Shown piece after piece: positions 13,212 through 27,470 of a stretch of DNA of 63,801 nt. Both the position numbers and the translations under genes were made by a program. The number at the start of each line of letters is the position of its first letter. The stretch's first letter is position 1. The notes beneath the pieces were generated by a model. It had not been told where the DNA came from and did not search any database. It saw nothing but the letters and a program-made list of their open reading frames with translations. Source of the stretch: Hydrolagus affinis (Eukaryota). The DNA lies in NCBI GenBank assembly GCA_012026655.1, contig JAAILG010001642.1, positions 1 to 63,801 on the forward strand, written 5' to 3'.

Positions 13212-13321
13212 GAACTTTGGATGCCATTATAACTCTTCTATGTTATAAACTGAAGTGTGGGTCTGGTATTCTGAAAGGATGAAAACAGCTAGCCTTGTCC
13301 GTAGAATAGTAGTATTTATCA

Positions 13322-13380
13322 CGTCTTGGGACGTCCTCTTGACACAAAAGGCCCTCTAGAAATGTAATTTTGTTGTTGTT
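13322..13380 (+). mobile_element. L2 3' tail-only fragment
   Basis: GTCTTGGGACGTCCTCTTGACACAAAAGGCCCTCTAGAAATGTAATTTT(GTT)n. Confidence 0.75.
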
Positions 13381-13520
13381 CTAGACATCTCAAAGCGCTT
13401 CACAGAATAAACTGTGAAGTAAATTGACTGCATATTTTATGGGTGAAACGTGGCAGCTAATTGCACATAGCAGTTCCCACAAAGAGTCATGGATTGAAAT
13501 AACCAATTTATTATTTATTA
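13381..13520 (-). mobile_element. SINE body lacking its extreme tail
   Basis: CTAGACATCTCAAAGCGCTTCACAGAAT...GTTCCCACAAAGAGTCATGG...AACCAATTT; directly abuts the + strand L2 tail. Confidence 0.85.
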
Positions 13521-14037
13521 TTTTTTTCTATTTTTTTTACTATTTTAACCTTTCTTAGAAACCTTTCTTATAAACTTGTTTTGTACTATTCACTCTCGCA
13601 GTGTAAACATATGCTGTGCAGAGCTTGTCATAGCACATATCTTGATTTAGATCTCCAGGAGTAAGGATATAAGTAGCAGTGTCATTGAGTTTCATAATTT
13701 AACTCCAGTACCAGTGCTCTTATTCAGTAAAACAATTGAAACCTCTTTCTGCATGGAATCTTTTTCCATGATTCAGTTTGACACTTAAAAAAAGTATAGA
13801 AAAGATGGTATTTTCACATGGAGAATCTGTGAACATTTTTCACGTGAAACCAACAAATGGAATTGAGCACCTTTTAAACAGTTACTGTCAGTGGAGCTGA
13901 CTACAGCATTATTTTGGGGAATTTTTGAGGAATCGTTGACTGTTTACTGTGGGAGACAACTGTCATTTTTATGTTGTACATTTTATGATGTAAATTGGGT
14001 GTGGTCCCAGAAGGTTTCCTATGAAAATCTGCAATTC

Positions 14038-14622
14038 ACAACAATAACAAAATTACACTTGTATCGCGCATTTCACATTAGGAGGACATCCTAAGGTGCT
14101 GGACAGTCAATGTTTCAAACCCGAGCTGGGGTTGAGAACGGGGAGCGTGGAGGGAAAGGAGGGGATTTAAGGTGACCGATGGAACTGTCGAAGAGGATGG
14201 TCTTGAGGCAAGACTTGAAGGAGGCTAGGGAGGGGGCGAGGTGAAGGGACTGCAGGATGGAATTCCAGAGGTTGGAGGCGCAGTGGATGAAGGCCTCTCC
14301 GGCTGATGGTGGGGCAGGTGGGTCAGGGGACATGGAGCAGGCCAGAGCCTGCTGAGCAGAGGGAGCAGACAGGTTAGGAGGTCGCAGAGGTAGGGTGGGG
14401 CAAGGCCCTGAAGGGCTTTGAAAATATGGACCAGGATCTTGAATTGAATCCACTGGGTGATGTGGAGTCAATGGTTGGGCGAAAATGGAGACGGGGTCAC
14501 GGAGGTTGAAGCGCTAGAGGACACGGGCTGTAGAGGACAGGAGCCATGGGATTATCCTATGGAAGGAGTTGTTTGGAAGGCTGACAAGCAAGGCGTTGGT
14601 GTGGTCAAGCCTGGATGTGATG
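14038..14622 (-). mobile_element. L2 LINE 3' fragment, 5'-truncated
   Basis: ORF 14115..14471 ends AFIHCASNLWNSILQSLHLAPSLASFKSCLKTILF (L2 ORF2 terminal motif). Tail at 14038-14100. Colinear with 12550-13211. Confidence 0.9.
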
Positions 14623-14673
14623 AACTTACATTTATATTGTGCCCTACACGCAGGATAGCGACCCAGAGCGCTT
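14623..14673 (-). mobile_element. L2-type tail of a second subfamily
   Basis: Reverse complement AAGCGCTCTGGGTCGCTATCCTGCGTGTAGGGCACAATATAAATGTAAGTT matches 29759-29815. Confidence 0.75.
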
Positions 14674-14764
14674 CAAAGTGGCAGAGTCTGACAATGAGCC
14701 AGGGAGAGAGGGAGTGGGAGGGGGACTGTAAGCACAATCAAAAAGGTAGGTCTTTAGGCAGAAA

Positions 14765-15110
14765 GAATGTTCGTTCCTTGCCAGTGCTGTTATCTGATCT
14801 CTGTTGGGAATACTGTAACTGGTCTCAGTTCCCAGCAATAGGAAAGTTAAATCTGATGTTTTGGCATTCCCCCACCTTCTCTCCTCTCCCCCCCCCCACC
14901 CACTCCCACCCAATAGAATAGGTACATGTGCAGTGGCTATGGACAGGCAGAGAAATAGGTATTGTTGCACCCCCCACAATCAAGTATCCTATGGACACTC
15001 GCTGTCTTGGCTCACACATGAAGAATGGCCATTTAAGTGAGCTTGTGTTACTGGAGGGCTTCTAGTGCCAGTATGAATCATTGACTTGTGAACAGGGGAA
15101 GAAAATTATG
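14765..15110 (+). mobile_element. Old SINE, AmnSINE2-like family (name tentative)
   Basis: Contains GTGCTGTTATCTGATCTCTG and GACACTCGCTGTCTTGGCTCACACATGAAGAATGGCCA. Shares blocks with 27669-27830 and, inverted, with 63005-63280. Confidence 0.55.
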
Positions 15111-16326
15111 GATAAAATGAAAGGCAGCAGTGTACAGTATATGCAAAATCTTTACTATTTTCAACTAGCCAGACCTGGCTTCACTGTGCAACAACATAAA
15201 ATAAGTGTTCAAATGAGAGTGTGAACACTTTTAATCTTCAGTATGGCTTGCGCTTTCAACAACTTTTCCATCTCTCTGCAGTCCAGACTTGAGTATTGTG
15301 TCATGCCTTCATTTTCAATTACTGATATAGTCTTCATCAGTGTAGAATCTTTCCACCCAACAACAGCATGGGTAACATGACAGATTATTGCTTACAGTGA
15401 GAATGTATCATGAAACTGGGACTGTGAAAAATTCATAGATGGAACTAAAGACACAACAAAGCACTTGTTCTTAATAGTATAGCTAGTGGCTACATAAAAA
15501 TGACAATAAGGTTGAGAGAAAAGATAAAAGAAAAAAAACGCTGTGAGCAGCTACTCAATCTACTAAATGTTTCTAGAGAGAGGAAATATTCTTGATAAGA
15601 AATCTTGGTAACAAATTAGTAACCATGCAGCACTTCAGAAAGGAACATTTCGCACCATTCATTGGACTTTAAAAGGTTCAGGATAGAGGGGCAGGATGTA
15701 TAATGGTGAACTGACTGATCAGGTAGTTAGATTTGTTTAGAGAAGGATAGCGGGAAATGTGAAATATCGTGCTTTTTGAGTCCATAACACACAAGATTCC
15801 TGCTTGCGAGGGTTAGATTGAGCTGTATTCCCCATTGAAATAATTTTATTTTCTGCAGATTATTGAAAAGGGATGTACCCTCGAGATGAATATGACTATT
15901 TGTAATAATGTAAGTTTTAGCAAGAACATGAAGCAAGTCTAGAAATCTGTACAGCCAGAGAACATCCCCAGATACTAGCTTATACCTACATTCCTGACTA
16001 CACTAGGTATGCATTTAAAACAGACAGTGTAAGAACAATATCTACCTTCACTTCAACAGGTTTACATTATTTAATACATTAACCTTCAAACTGAAATGAT
16101 CTCTTTCCCTAGTGAAGTCATTATCTTGGATTTGGATGCACGGGTGTTGCAAGCATTATTTTCTTACTGGGTTTTGGGGCAGATATATATTGCAACACAT
16201 GACTAATAGGATACAGACTATGAACAATACTGGCTAAAGAGAGACATTGCCAAGGATTTAATTGTAAATAGTTTAAGGTCAAGAAAACAAGCTACTAAAA
16301 TCCAACTTTCTTTCATCTTTCACTCC

Positions 16327-16458
16327 TAGAATCATATGAATAGGAGGCCATTCGGCCTATCGTGCTTTGTGCTGGATTTTTGGAAGAGCTACCCAATCAG
16401 TCCCACTCCCCCATTCTTTCCCCATATCCTTACTAATCTTTCTTTATAGAATCATAGA
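16327..16458 (-). mobile_element. CR1/HER1-type LINE 3' end
   Basis: TAGAATCATA...GGAGGCCATTCGGCCTATCGTG...GAAGAGCTACCCAATCAGTCCCACTCCCC, with an ATAGAATC-type tail motif. Confidence 0.7.
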
Positions 16459-17083
16459 CTATCTCTTAATTGTATGATCTATTCAAGCTACTTGGGTACC
16501 AATAAAGCCATGGCACTTCATACCAAATCAATGGGTAGGGCCTGTCATATTGACCTAATGCTCCAGTGCCTGTTAGCACCTGCTCAATCACTGAAATTAA
16601 ACATCCATTTATGCTGCTTTATCCTCTTTGCATACTTTAACTCACGGAGCACCTCTGCACCTACAAAAAAGCATGGTTATTTACAGTTAGTTGACTTAAA
16701 AACAATAAAATGTATACAAGTGATTTGTATTGGATATATGTGTATTAAATCATAACCGAAGATAAAGTTATTTTTCCATGAATTAGTAAAAACAACACCA
16801 AGGATTTTTCTGCATGTGGCTTCCTCAAGGCACGAAGCACCAATGTGCAAGAGATTCTGTGGTCCTGTATTGGTGCCTGTGTCGGCTGTTGTTAGTGTCT
16901 GTTGAAACCATCACTTGTGTGAGTCTTGGCTCGTACGATTAAGACAGTGAGATCAAGTCCATAATGCCAGTTTTGTGGTGCTATTTTAGTACAGAAGTGC
17001 AGTTAATCATTGTCTACCAATATGAGCATTAGAAAACCCATGCATGAGGTGTTGATTGGTATGGGAAATGTAAATATCCCACT

Positions 17084-17102
17084 GCTGCAGTAGAGGGCAC
17101 TC
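17084..17102 (+). promoter_or_regulatory. Possible CTCF motif
   Basis: GCAGTAGAGGGCAC (17087-17100) is one mismatch from CCASYAGRKGGCRS. Motif match only. Confidence 0.25.
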
Positions 17103-19199
17103 TTCTAAGGTTGGTATTGATGCACGTCTTTTAGGACATTTTTTTAAGACAGATTTAAGAGGTGCTCAACCATTACATTTGACCCATGCTGCAATTGCCC
17201 TTGGAGCATTTGATGTTATGTGTGGACGCCTTATTCCCCAAACATCTGTCAGTTTTATCAATGAACATAAATGTCGCATCAGTACCACACATTGACCCAG
17301 CTCACTAACACTTTCCCCATTTGGGGTCAATTTTGTTTACCTATTTAATCATTTTGTTTTTAATCATTCGTTACATTTTTGGGGATTATGAATGGGGTTC
17401 TATTTTCCTTTCTTATAAAACATATAAAAACTAGGATCACACAAACAAAACTAGCAAAAATAAAATGCTGATTTCAGGTTGTTCAAAGCACCGAAGTTGT
17501 TGTTTCAAAAGAACAAACAATAGAAAATTTGATATAAAATGCATATGATATGTGGGGTTTTTTTTAGACCTGGCTTGTTCAAATATTATTCCTAGCAATA
17601 AAATTAGATGTGATTTTCAATGGAACTTGTTATGTGATTGGCAAGGAGCAAAAGCAAATGGAAGCAATTCCCTGTAACATTTACTGTTCCCAATTGAGAT
17701 CTGAAGCAAAACCATGAGTGTTTTAATCTTTTTTTCCACTCCGCTAAATCACCTGAGTTGGGGAATTCATCTAGTTTGATCAAAATGTGAAATGTTGATG
17801 TTCTGTTGTGAAATCCTACCCTCCTTATTTCATATGCTAAACACTCAGAAATCTTCCAATATAACAACACCAATTTTTTTTGAGTGTGGCTGATATATTA
17901 TGGAGGACATCTCAACCTATATCGTTGATATTTCTATAATTTATTTTTCTCTCTCTGTGCATCATTCCATGCAAAATATGTGTATGCAAAGTGTGTGTAT
18001 GTTTGTGCGGGTGGATAGGTGGGGGTGGGGGGGAAGGAAAGTATTGTTTTATGGTAATTTTTATGACTAAATGTTAACACAAAATTGCTGTTCTTAATTA
18101 GAAGAAATAGTAATAGATATGTTCTTTTCCCATCTGGATTTTGAAGCATCGTAAGCAGAACCGTTTCCTAAAGGAACTTTGCTTGCAGTGTCTTTAATGA
18201 ACAACAGCTGTCATTGTGGTTTTCCCCAAGTAAAACAATTCACGTATTTTGCTCAGAAAGCACTAAGTGGAACAAATATTAACCTGAACCCCAGTAACAT
18301 CCTCACTATGTGTTCAAGGAACAAATAAATAAGCTAGATTTTTTTGTGAACATTTTTTGTGAAAAAAACTAATTTATTTAGCAGCCAAGGGACACAAATC
18401 CCAAACCTGTTGTTTATAAGTGACAGGCAGATGAGGAGGAAGGGTAAGATAGACCATATCTGGCAATCACCCAGATCTATGTCATATTCATATCTCCCTC
18501 GTTCTCAGATTTTTTTTAACCATTTTATACAATATTCATTACAGTTAAGAAGACGGTGATTTTTTTTCTGTTTGGCTGCACAATTCATATATTGCAGCAA
18601 AAAAACAAGAAATAAATGGTAAACAGAAATCCTATCGATGCACATCAGCCTCGTTCCATTACCTGGACTGAGATAAAGCGAATGAAAATGCAATGAACAG
18701 TTTTGTGGCAACCGGGGAATAAAGACTGTTAGCATACATTTCTGGAGGCACCTGCTTTGATTTAATTGTTAAAGTTATTTTAATCTCAGTATGTAGCGGA
18801 GCAACGGATCCTGTTGTCTTTTGCAGATTAAAAAGGTGGCAACAGGTGGGAACTAACAAAGCCAGGGGGCTCGCTCCAACAGGATGCAGATTCAGTCAAG
18901 AAACACTGAAGGTGATTGTTCAGCAATAAACTCAGTGAAAAATAAGATGTCACTGATTCATTAACTACAGTTTTGTGGCGATTTGGGTCTCATTGAGAAT
19001 GAACTTTAAACACTTGTGATGGATGATGTGTCAAAGAAACGATGTTAAAAACATGGAGATAAATAAAACCTCCCCAGCACTCCGCACCTCCCCAACCCCC
19101 CTCCCACCCCCCTCCCCCCACCCCTGCTCCAACTCCACTGTCACTCCAACAAGCAGCATTGGGTGTCAACCTGACCCTAGTAGTAGGACCAGTATCCAA

Positions 19200-19384
19200 G
19201 TCCAACATTCTTCCAGATAAATCAGTCAGTTACCTCCTAGCTGTTTGTGGGGCCTCGCTGTCTGCACATTGTCTGTCGCAGTTGCTCACAAATAGTCACT
19301 ACACTTGACAGTAATTAACCTACAAAGAGCTTTGAGATGTTTTGACATTATAGTTGCTGTATCAAATGCAAGGATTATATTATC
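19200..19384 (+). mobile_element. DeuSINE-like 3' half
   Basis: GCTGTTTGTGGGGCCTCGCTGT...AGTCACTACACTT...GAGCTTTGAGATG...ATCAAATGCAAGGATTATATT. Confidence 0.75.
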
Positions 19385-19984
19385 ACAAAATGAATAAAGA
19401 TTCATTGAGCGGATTTGGGGTTTCAGAAATATAAGTGACAATATAATGAGAGGATAAGTTAAATGCAGTACACCTTTATTCCACTTGCTTAAACTATCAA
19501 AATGCATAGCTAATGAAGCAGTACAATGCAGTGGTGCACATGGCAGTGAAATAATATATTAGCAAAGGCAAAATATTACCTGGTAATAGTAAAGAGGAAT
19601 GAGTGCTCAGTATGTTACAAAGTGTATTCAAATTAATTGAAATTTGAATAACAGAATTCCTAACTATTTTGCAAAAGAAATTGCCACTGATGCATTTGAT
19701 GTTGCTTAACTCGTCTGATTAGAAGGTCAAATAGGAACCATTCGACCAGCTGTGTAACTCTATCAGTGGTCCATTGTCAAGGACAGTTGTACAAACACCT
19801 GACAGCTCATCAAAGGGATTGGATGTATGCACTCACAGTTACTAACTGTATTGTTACACTAGTGGTGCTTTCAATACTGCTTGTAGCCTCTGGACATGTT
19901 TGTATTGTATGATCTTTCCTCTCTTTGGCCCCTTCACAAAATAACATTGATTGTAGCCAACTCCTTTTCACCTATGGCAGAGCT

Positions 19985-20115
19985 GGTGCTGAGCTAGTTA
20001 TTGGATCTGTTCATGGTTTGCTTGCAGAGCTTGGACTCAGCACTTTGCCCTTCCCCTGTTGTCCAGTGAGAGAAAGCCAGGGAATCCTACTGAGATAGAC
20101 TTTATCCAGTATCCA
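19985..20115 (+). mobile_element. Very decayed AmnSINE2-like fragment
   Basis: GTGCTGAGCTAG...TTGGACTCAGCAC...AAAGCCAGGGAATCC...TATCCAGT, in the same order as the other copies. Confidence 0.35.
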
Positions 20116-23100
20116 CAAATGAAGTCAAAATGCTCTATTAAAACTCTAGTTGTATAACTTTAATGGAACTGTTGTTCCCTGTGTACTTCCCCTTTCCTTC
20201 TGGGAAAAGCCTGGTTTCTATTGGCAGCTGCCCACTGTGAAACGATTTAAATCAGGAGATCACCATATGGAGAATTGTGTGCACAGATCCACATCCTATC
20301 ACAATGAGCAATGGGGAACTGTTCTTTCTAGAGAGTGGCACTTAGACAAAATAGTTCCTGCCACATTGGCCTTCAACCCCAACATGGCTAGCATTTTGAT
20401 AGATCAAGGGCAAATCTAGCAATTGGGAGCTGGTTGGCAGTATGAACTACAATGCTGGCAATTCTCATCTGGGAAACTAGGCTTGCAGAATGTATATCTC
20501 AGCCTGATGAGATGAACATCCCCTTTCCCTGCCAGCTTTAATGATCCTGACTGAAATACGTTGAACATCTTCAGCTTCGTTTTTAAATTATGTGACTCCA
20601 CTATACAAAACCACAACGTAGCACTAAGTTGGCAGTTTCTTTCTCTCACTAGACACCGGCACAAGGATGGAGTGGGAAATGGAACATTTACACTGCTGCA
20701 GGAGAAGGAGCTCTTCTGAAGGTAAATTGGCCTGGCTTCCAGGAATTCATAGTGGGAATAATAAAAATAATTCCTTATTTCAGATTTCCTCTTTAGATGT
20801 GTTTTTAAGGTAACAGAAATAAATGACACCATGTTTATTTATCCCTGACAGTAAGATTCTGTGCATCGCTGATCTCTACAGATAACAAATAAACACCACG
20901 TTCTAATCATTGTTTGCATTCTTGATCAAATGGTGTTATGATGCAGCATTTAGGCCTGTAATTCCTTTGTTCATATTACAAAAAAGGGTCGAAAGCTTGG
21001 CCAATAAAGATCCAGGTTACCAACCACAAAATCACGTCAGTGTTGAGAGAGATAATGGCAATTTTGATGTCTTGATCAAAGTCTGGCATTCAATGAGCAA
21101 GTATCTTCAATGATAAGTGTTACACATCACGCAGTACCTTTAACAATCCAACTAGACTCAGGCCAATAAATGCATTAAGTCAATTTAATCCAGATGTGAT
21201 GTGCAGAATGTTATGAGGCAGTAGAGCCACAGAAACATCATAAAATTAGGATTGAGACAAAAGAAAAATACAGAAACCCATGTAAGACAAAGAAGACAAA
21301 CTAACGTCAGGGAAGATGCTCAATGCAATGCCTTGTCAATGAAATCTCATTTGCAGCATTAATTTTTAAAAATATATATTTAATCATGTTTTCTTCAGCT
21401 GGAAGCAAAATCTTAATATTTGGATGTAATATATCATAATTTCACACCATAATACCTGTACTATGAATTGAGTCTGACTCTATATTTGCTGCTCAAATCC
21501 CTGATGGTGACATTGTAAGTAATTTTGCATATTGGAGCACAGTCTTTTACAGTGAATGACTAGCATATGAGCATGAATATGTGGACTGCAATCATTGGGT
21601 CATTTTTGGCATGTTTTCAAGCCACTACTGGCATTTTGGCACAAGAGTACAGAGCAGAGGGAGTCCCATGCTGATAGTTAAACAAGACCATTCACCCTCC
21701 CATAATTAGCACTAACATTTCTCTCAAGAAAGGCTACAGTCCTTTTGAAATCCATGCTGTGTGTCGCATCGGGGTCTGCATGGTAGTTTGGTTTGATACG
21801 TTTCTGGCAGCAAATGGAAACAGCACACTAGTTGTGTGACTATCCCTCCTCCATTATGGCATTACTAACACTTCAAGCTGATTTAACAGTCAGAGTATTG
21901 TATGAATATACGGGCAGGGTAATAAGTTGTGGGCAAATATTTCCTCACTCCCAAATACTAATATCCTCACTTCCAAATATACACAGATGCCTTTACATAT
22001 AAAGGCCTCCGGCAGAAACCCACTGAATTATCCATTTGTATCACCCCTGTAGTGACACTGTGACAGTTTTCTCTTTGTTCAGATCAATTACTCTAGCTTT
22101 GGGATTAAGTACTAATTTTTCAACGCACCTTTCCAACTACAATGTTCTCCAAATTTCTTTATAGAGGCATTCAACGATACCTTTCAGAAGTTTAAACAGA
22201 AGTCCCTTTTCACTGGAGATTTGAAGGATAGAAGAAGTTTGGGAAATTGTGCTTGACATTTCATGGGCAGACTTAACCGATATCATCCCCCCACCACCAA
22301 CCCCCACTCCACCCACACACACATACAAAAACACTATTTGCACACATCTGACTATTCCTTAACATTAACAATACAACATAAAATTTGGGTCTCAGTGACT
22401 AAAGACTAGAAAAATAAATGTGATAGATAACACTTTAACAATGTAGTTCTGAAAATTCTAATCAGCAACAAAAGCAACCTTCACACACAACTTTACACCA
22501 ACCAGAATTTAATGCCTTAATAAGAGCTTTTACTTAAGCACAATGGATCAGTGAAGACATTTAAGCAATACAAGTTGTGCTATTTTTCTCTTTTCCTTAG
22601 AAGCAGAAGACATATCCTCTGTGTAGCAGCCCTAACTACTTCTTTTCTGACTGAAGATAATTATATGTTATTCAATGAGTGGTGTTCATATTTTGTGCTG
22701 CTTCGTGACTAAAGATTAATATCTGAAGCATGATAGTGCAGGCAGATTGCACAGATATTAATCGTAACCGGTGCATTGGTGCAAATGAGCAGAGGATATT
22801 GAATAACAGATTTATTCCAGGCCTCTTGTTATAGGTTCCCTTTTATCAGAAAGGAAATAAGATTTGTTCCTTAAATCAACAACAGCAAGAGGCAATCAAA
22901 ATAAAGGAGGGAATGGACAGAAGTAGCAAAGATGGTGAAGTAGTTTAGCTTCTATCCTTTGTCCCATGCAGGATACCAGACTGGACACAGGAGTGTGATA
23001 TATACCCCTCATTTGATGTGTTGTTGGATTTGGAAATAAAAGAAGAATATTTGTCAAAATTCAAAGTGCTACTGCTCACTTTACTGCAGTACAGTAACTG

Positions 23101-25980
23101 AAATGTTGGATAAATTAAGTCAACCCAGGCATTTAAACTACAAAAGCAATGTAGGCCATTAGATCACAGCACAAAGGTCTATTTGTGCTGGTATTACGTT
23201 GCCAGTAATATTCCTTTGAGACGTCAGTTTACACCTCAGTCGAAGGGAGGATATTGCATGTTATTAGGGGCAAGTAAAGAAAACAATTAGATAATCATGA
23301 TCTTGCAGTTCATTTCTGTGTATTCTGGTCAGATGGCCTTTATTTTATAAGTAAATTCAGGGTCACAAGTCAAATACACACAAGCAGGGTCACTGAGCAC
23401 ACAGAAGACTGGAACAAAGACGAAAGCCATAGGGTAAAAAAAATCCCACTGAGGGTTAATCTAGCAGAAACGTATCAAAGGCTGTAAACCACCCTTGTCT
23501 TTGTTATTCATCATATGGGAATTTGTTCACATATCCTGCTGATTTCAATTGGAGTGAGCATCATCATTGAATTCCTTGTCTTTCTAGTCTTTTCATGTAG
23601 AGCTTTAAAGCCTTATAGAATGCCTTAAAGAAAAAAATCTCTCAAACGCCTCAAAAAAACACAAATGTCACAACAGCGGGCCTTTCTTTCCCGCAAACAA
23701 AATGTTTGCAAGCAATAAATTTGGAACAAGCCAGTGTACCTCAACCCTTATGACAGTTTGTATTTATTTATTCAGCAATCCAAATTTATACCGCATTGCA
23801 GACTTAACAGCACAATTTTATGTCTGTGATTATCAAATTAATATGCTGGAGTTAAGATTGGGTGTGGAAAAACATTTTGGCTTTACTCCAGGACTGTTTG
23901 CAAAGCTTCATTGCAGGGAATGGGAATGGAAAAACAAACTTGGCAAAATAACAGGTATTTTTTAACTCTAAATTCCCAACTGTATCCTTCACCAATTGCC
24001 ATCAAACCCATTACTATCTCTGCAAAATGGAATAACTCTCATTCATACCTCAAATACTTTTCATATCACAAATCAGTTAGTCATGTTGGGGATAACATGA
24101 CAGTCAAAAATGAGTACACAAAAGCTGCATTTAATTCAGCCCTTGCATCCTCACCACAAACCACCATCTACATACACTACGTAGGAATTCTGTCTGCATA
24201 CTGCAGTTTGAACTACTCGGCGTCCCATTTTAAAATAGACTGAAACATAAATGATGTTTAGCACTTCACACGAACATAGACAACGGCATAAAATATTAAA
24301 CTGTAGACAGTAGGAAACTGAGGAAAACCAATGGAGCCTCATTCAGAGCCCACCTTCAGGGATCAGCCGAGTCTTTTCTGTTTACATCTGTGGTGGCAGA
24401 GAAAATGCTTGAGATTCGCCTTGTTTTCATCGGGCTTTTTGCATGTTGTCATTATATGAGTCTCAGGCTTTACCTTTGTGTGGTTTGTTCCGTTCTATTT
24501 TTGAATTATTTTTCTATTTTGTTGCAAATTTTGGCCAGCAATTTATTTTAGCAAATGGACGCACGGGCACAAATTCCCACACAGAGAAGATTTAGAAATG
24601 TCCAGCAGGGGTTCAGTGATTATTCAGGTATTTGATTAATAATCAATTCGAACTGTGGTCTGTTTAAACTTCCATCACAAATCCCATTAAAATTAGGTCA
24701 CACATGGAATGAAATCCGGTAAGGCTGTCCTCTACAACAGTGCTTAGTAAAATTACTTGAAAGGGCAATGATTAAGGACTTTTAACAATTATTCAACCAA
24801 TAATCAATTATAGCTCATGAATAATTTATTAATAAACCTGTGCTTATCACTTTGCCTACATCTGTTTATTTAAAAAAAATAATTTATGCTTCTACATACT
24901 GGTTAAAGTAGGCACAAATAGACAGCTAGTCATTTGCGTATTTGTTCAGGGAGTGAAAAAAAATTCTGAATTGGGTTTGCTTTGTAAGGTGTAGTTCCCA
25001 TTGCATACCTGCACAATAGCCACCAGTCTGTAATGGGTTAACAACCAAATTACACTGACAATATGGTTGTAAAGTTCTCTCCCTCCACAGACAGCGGAGC
25101 CATTTCCTGTGCTTTGACATCGGTTTTACTGCATTTTTGCAGTACTAGATGCCGAAGAGGATGGGATTATGCATAAATACAATGGATTTCACTCTCAGTG
25201 AAAATGGAATTAGGATTTTTAATTAGAATTTTAATTTGTTAAATTTCATTTCACAACATGGTCCAATTATCTGGCATTGCCGTGCATACCACAAACTCAT
25301 ATAGGGCTTGTCAGGATCTCTAAAGTTCTAAAGCACTGATGCTTTGAAGTGCACTTGGCAATGGTTCCTTCCTTTGTTGAAGAGTAACTAGGTGGTCCTG
25401 ACAGTATAGATAATAAATATTGTTTATTTTTTCCCTCTTTTGATTGAAGCTTCAGATTAAAGGGACAATGGGCTTTTTGGTTGGTTTGCTTGAGGAATAA
25501 TTCAAAAATCAAAGGCGATGAGACATCTTTTAAAACAACATTTCACATTTCTTTGAAAAAAAGCCTTAACAAAAACCTTAAAAAAAATTGCCGTTTCTTT
25601 TGAAATTAACGTTTTGAATTTTCATAAGTAATTCCCGAGACAATCCATTAGATAAGGCAACGGAATGCACTAAAACTCTTTTTCACAACAAACAAATCAG
25701 CAGAAGCCGTCGTTAAATTGCACTTGGATTGAATACTTCCAAAATGTATCCTGGAAAAGAGCTGGAAGGTACTGAACAGAGTTAAATATTTGTTCAAAGG
25801 AGATTGAGGGTAGGAATTGATGATTGCATGAATGGTCCCTTTTTAGAAACAGTATGTAGGTTGAAAATCAGATTCATTCTCTACTCCTTGCAGTTTTCAA
25901 AACGTCCCCCAAAAGTACAGTTGCTTTTGATGTCCTCTCCCCCTGCTAATAATAGCTAAGTGATTTGGATTTCAAATATA

Positions 25981-26034
25981 GGAACTATAGGTGTCCCTGG
26001 ATCAGGTGGAACTATAGGTGTCCCTGGATCAGGT
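25981..26034 (+). repeat. Perfect 27-bp tandem duplication
   Basis: GGAACTATAGGTGTCCCTGGATCAGGT x2 (25981-26007, 26008-26034). Confidence 0.97.
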
Positions 26035-27390
26035 CCCTGGTGGCTTCGAGTTGCTCTTGCTCCAGACTGTTGCTCGACTTTGGGAGCTATCTACCTGCAC
26101 AGTTGCTATCAACCTGGCTCAGTCAACTTGAGTCAAAAAGTGAAAATGTTTGATTTGCATCTGCCTGCAGATACTAGTATTGTCTGGCACTACCATACCC
26201 TTTCCTTTCTAAAGTTTTATGCATGTTAGGCCAGCTCAGAACCCTTGGTTGAATCTTGCTGCCTTTAATAGATGATATTTTATACACCTCGTTAATATAG
26301 GTACACAACCACTGTCTTGCCCACTCTTTCCTATCTTCAATTCACACCTGAAGACTTTCCTTTTCGATTGTGCCTATGTTACCTCCCCTTTCTCCACAGC
26401 TTAGTGTTAAAGTACAGAATTATTAAGTGCTCCGAAATGCTAACCCACATGATGGGCGCTAAATCCATATTATTGTTGCCTCTGCATTTAAGACTGTTAA
26501 GGGCCAAAGTTCTGCTTTTACTTTGGCAGAATTATTTGCTAGTACAAAACAAAATAATGTTAGAAAGTGAGACGAATTGCAGCCCACACACCACTATTGA
26601 TATTTGGGGGGCTTTACTCTTGTCTGTTTCATCAGAGGCAATTTTGATTTAATAAAAAAAATAGAGTTGGTTCCCACAGTAGCACAAAACTACTCAAGCG
26701 CTTTCTCTTTTCCCCTGAAAAATACCAGTTCCGCTTTTGGGAGGAAATACAGGGTGAAAATATGCAGCATCCAGATTCTAAAGGTGGCAGACAAAGCAAT
26801 TTTCACGTCGCAAAGAACAGTAAGTGGGTTAAAGTGTAAGACATTGCTTCTTAATCGCTCTACGTCAAACCCTTATCAAGTATAACACACTGTTTGGTCT
26901 AAACTATTCTTAGTGAAATAGACACAAAAATATATTGGAGCTAGACGTAATACACACACAAGCTTAGCATTGCTGACGAAAGTTCCCTGAATTAAATGGT
27001 TGATAAAACAGATCATTCTCTGACCCACAAGAATCATGATAGTCATCTTTCGGCACATACTCAATAGTTTATTTTGTAATGAATACATTCCCAGTGTTTA
27101 CATTTCCACTCATTAGATATACATTGCATTTCTTACCCCTGAGAAAACACATACAAATTCCCCTTGTTCTTTGCTATTTGCAGTTGTACAGAGGGCACAT
27201 CATTATTCCCAAAAGGAGTCACATCAAGTCTATAGCCATAGATGACATCTCAGATGTGGGAATGCTCTTTCACATCAAAGACCTAAGTTAAAATATAACA
27301 ATGTTAAAGACCAGTCTCGATTAGTGTGGCTTCTTGTGGTAAACTATGTGATCTGAGTCCTGCCTCACCTTCTCTTTAGCACTTCAACAA

Positions 27391-27470
27391 ACAATAATCA
27401 TCTTTGCATTCGATGCCATGCAATCGTGATTCACTGTAAAGTGCAGTGACTGTGTATTTTGTTGGTGAAC
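27391..27470 (-). mobile_element. Decayed SINE tail with internal deletion
   Basis: AATAATCATCTTTGCATTCGAT...ACTGTAAAGTGCAGTGACTGTGTATTTTGT. Confidence 0.55.

Noticed and set aside
15305-15345. Minus-strand CTGATGA...GAAA hammerhead-like spacing
   Set aside because: Stem II has only ~3 pairs and there is no convincing stem III or cleavage triplet.
22714-22763. 12-bp perfect inverted repeat GATTAATATCTG/CAGATATTAATC
   Set aside because: AT-rich and short enough to arise by chance in 64 kb; no TSD or extension.
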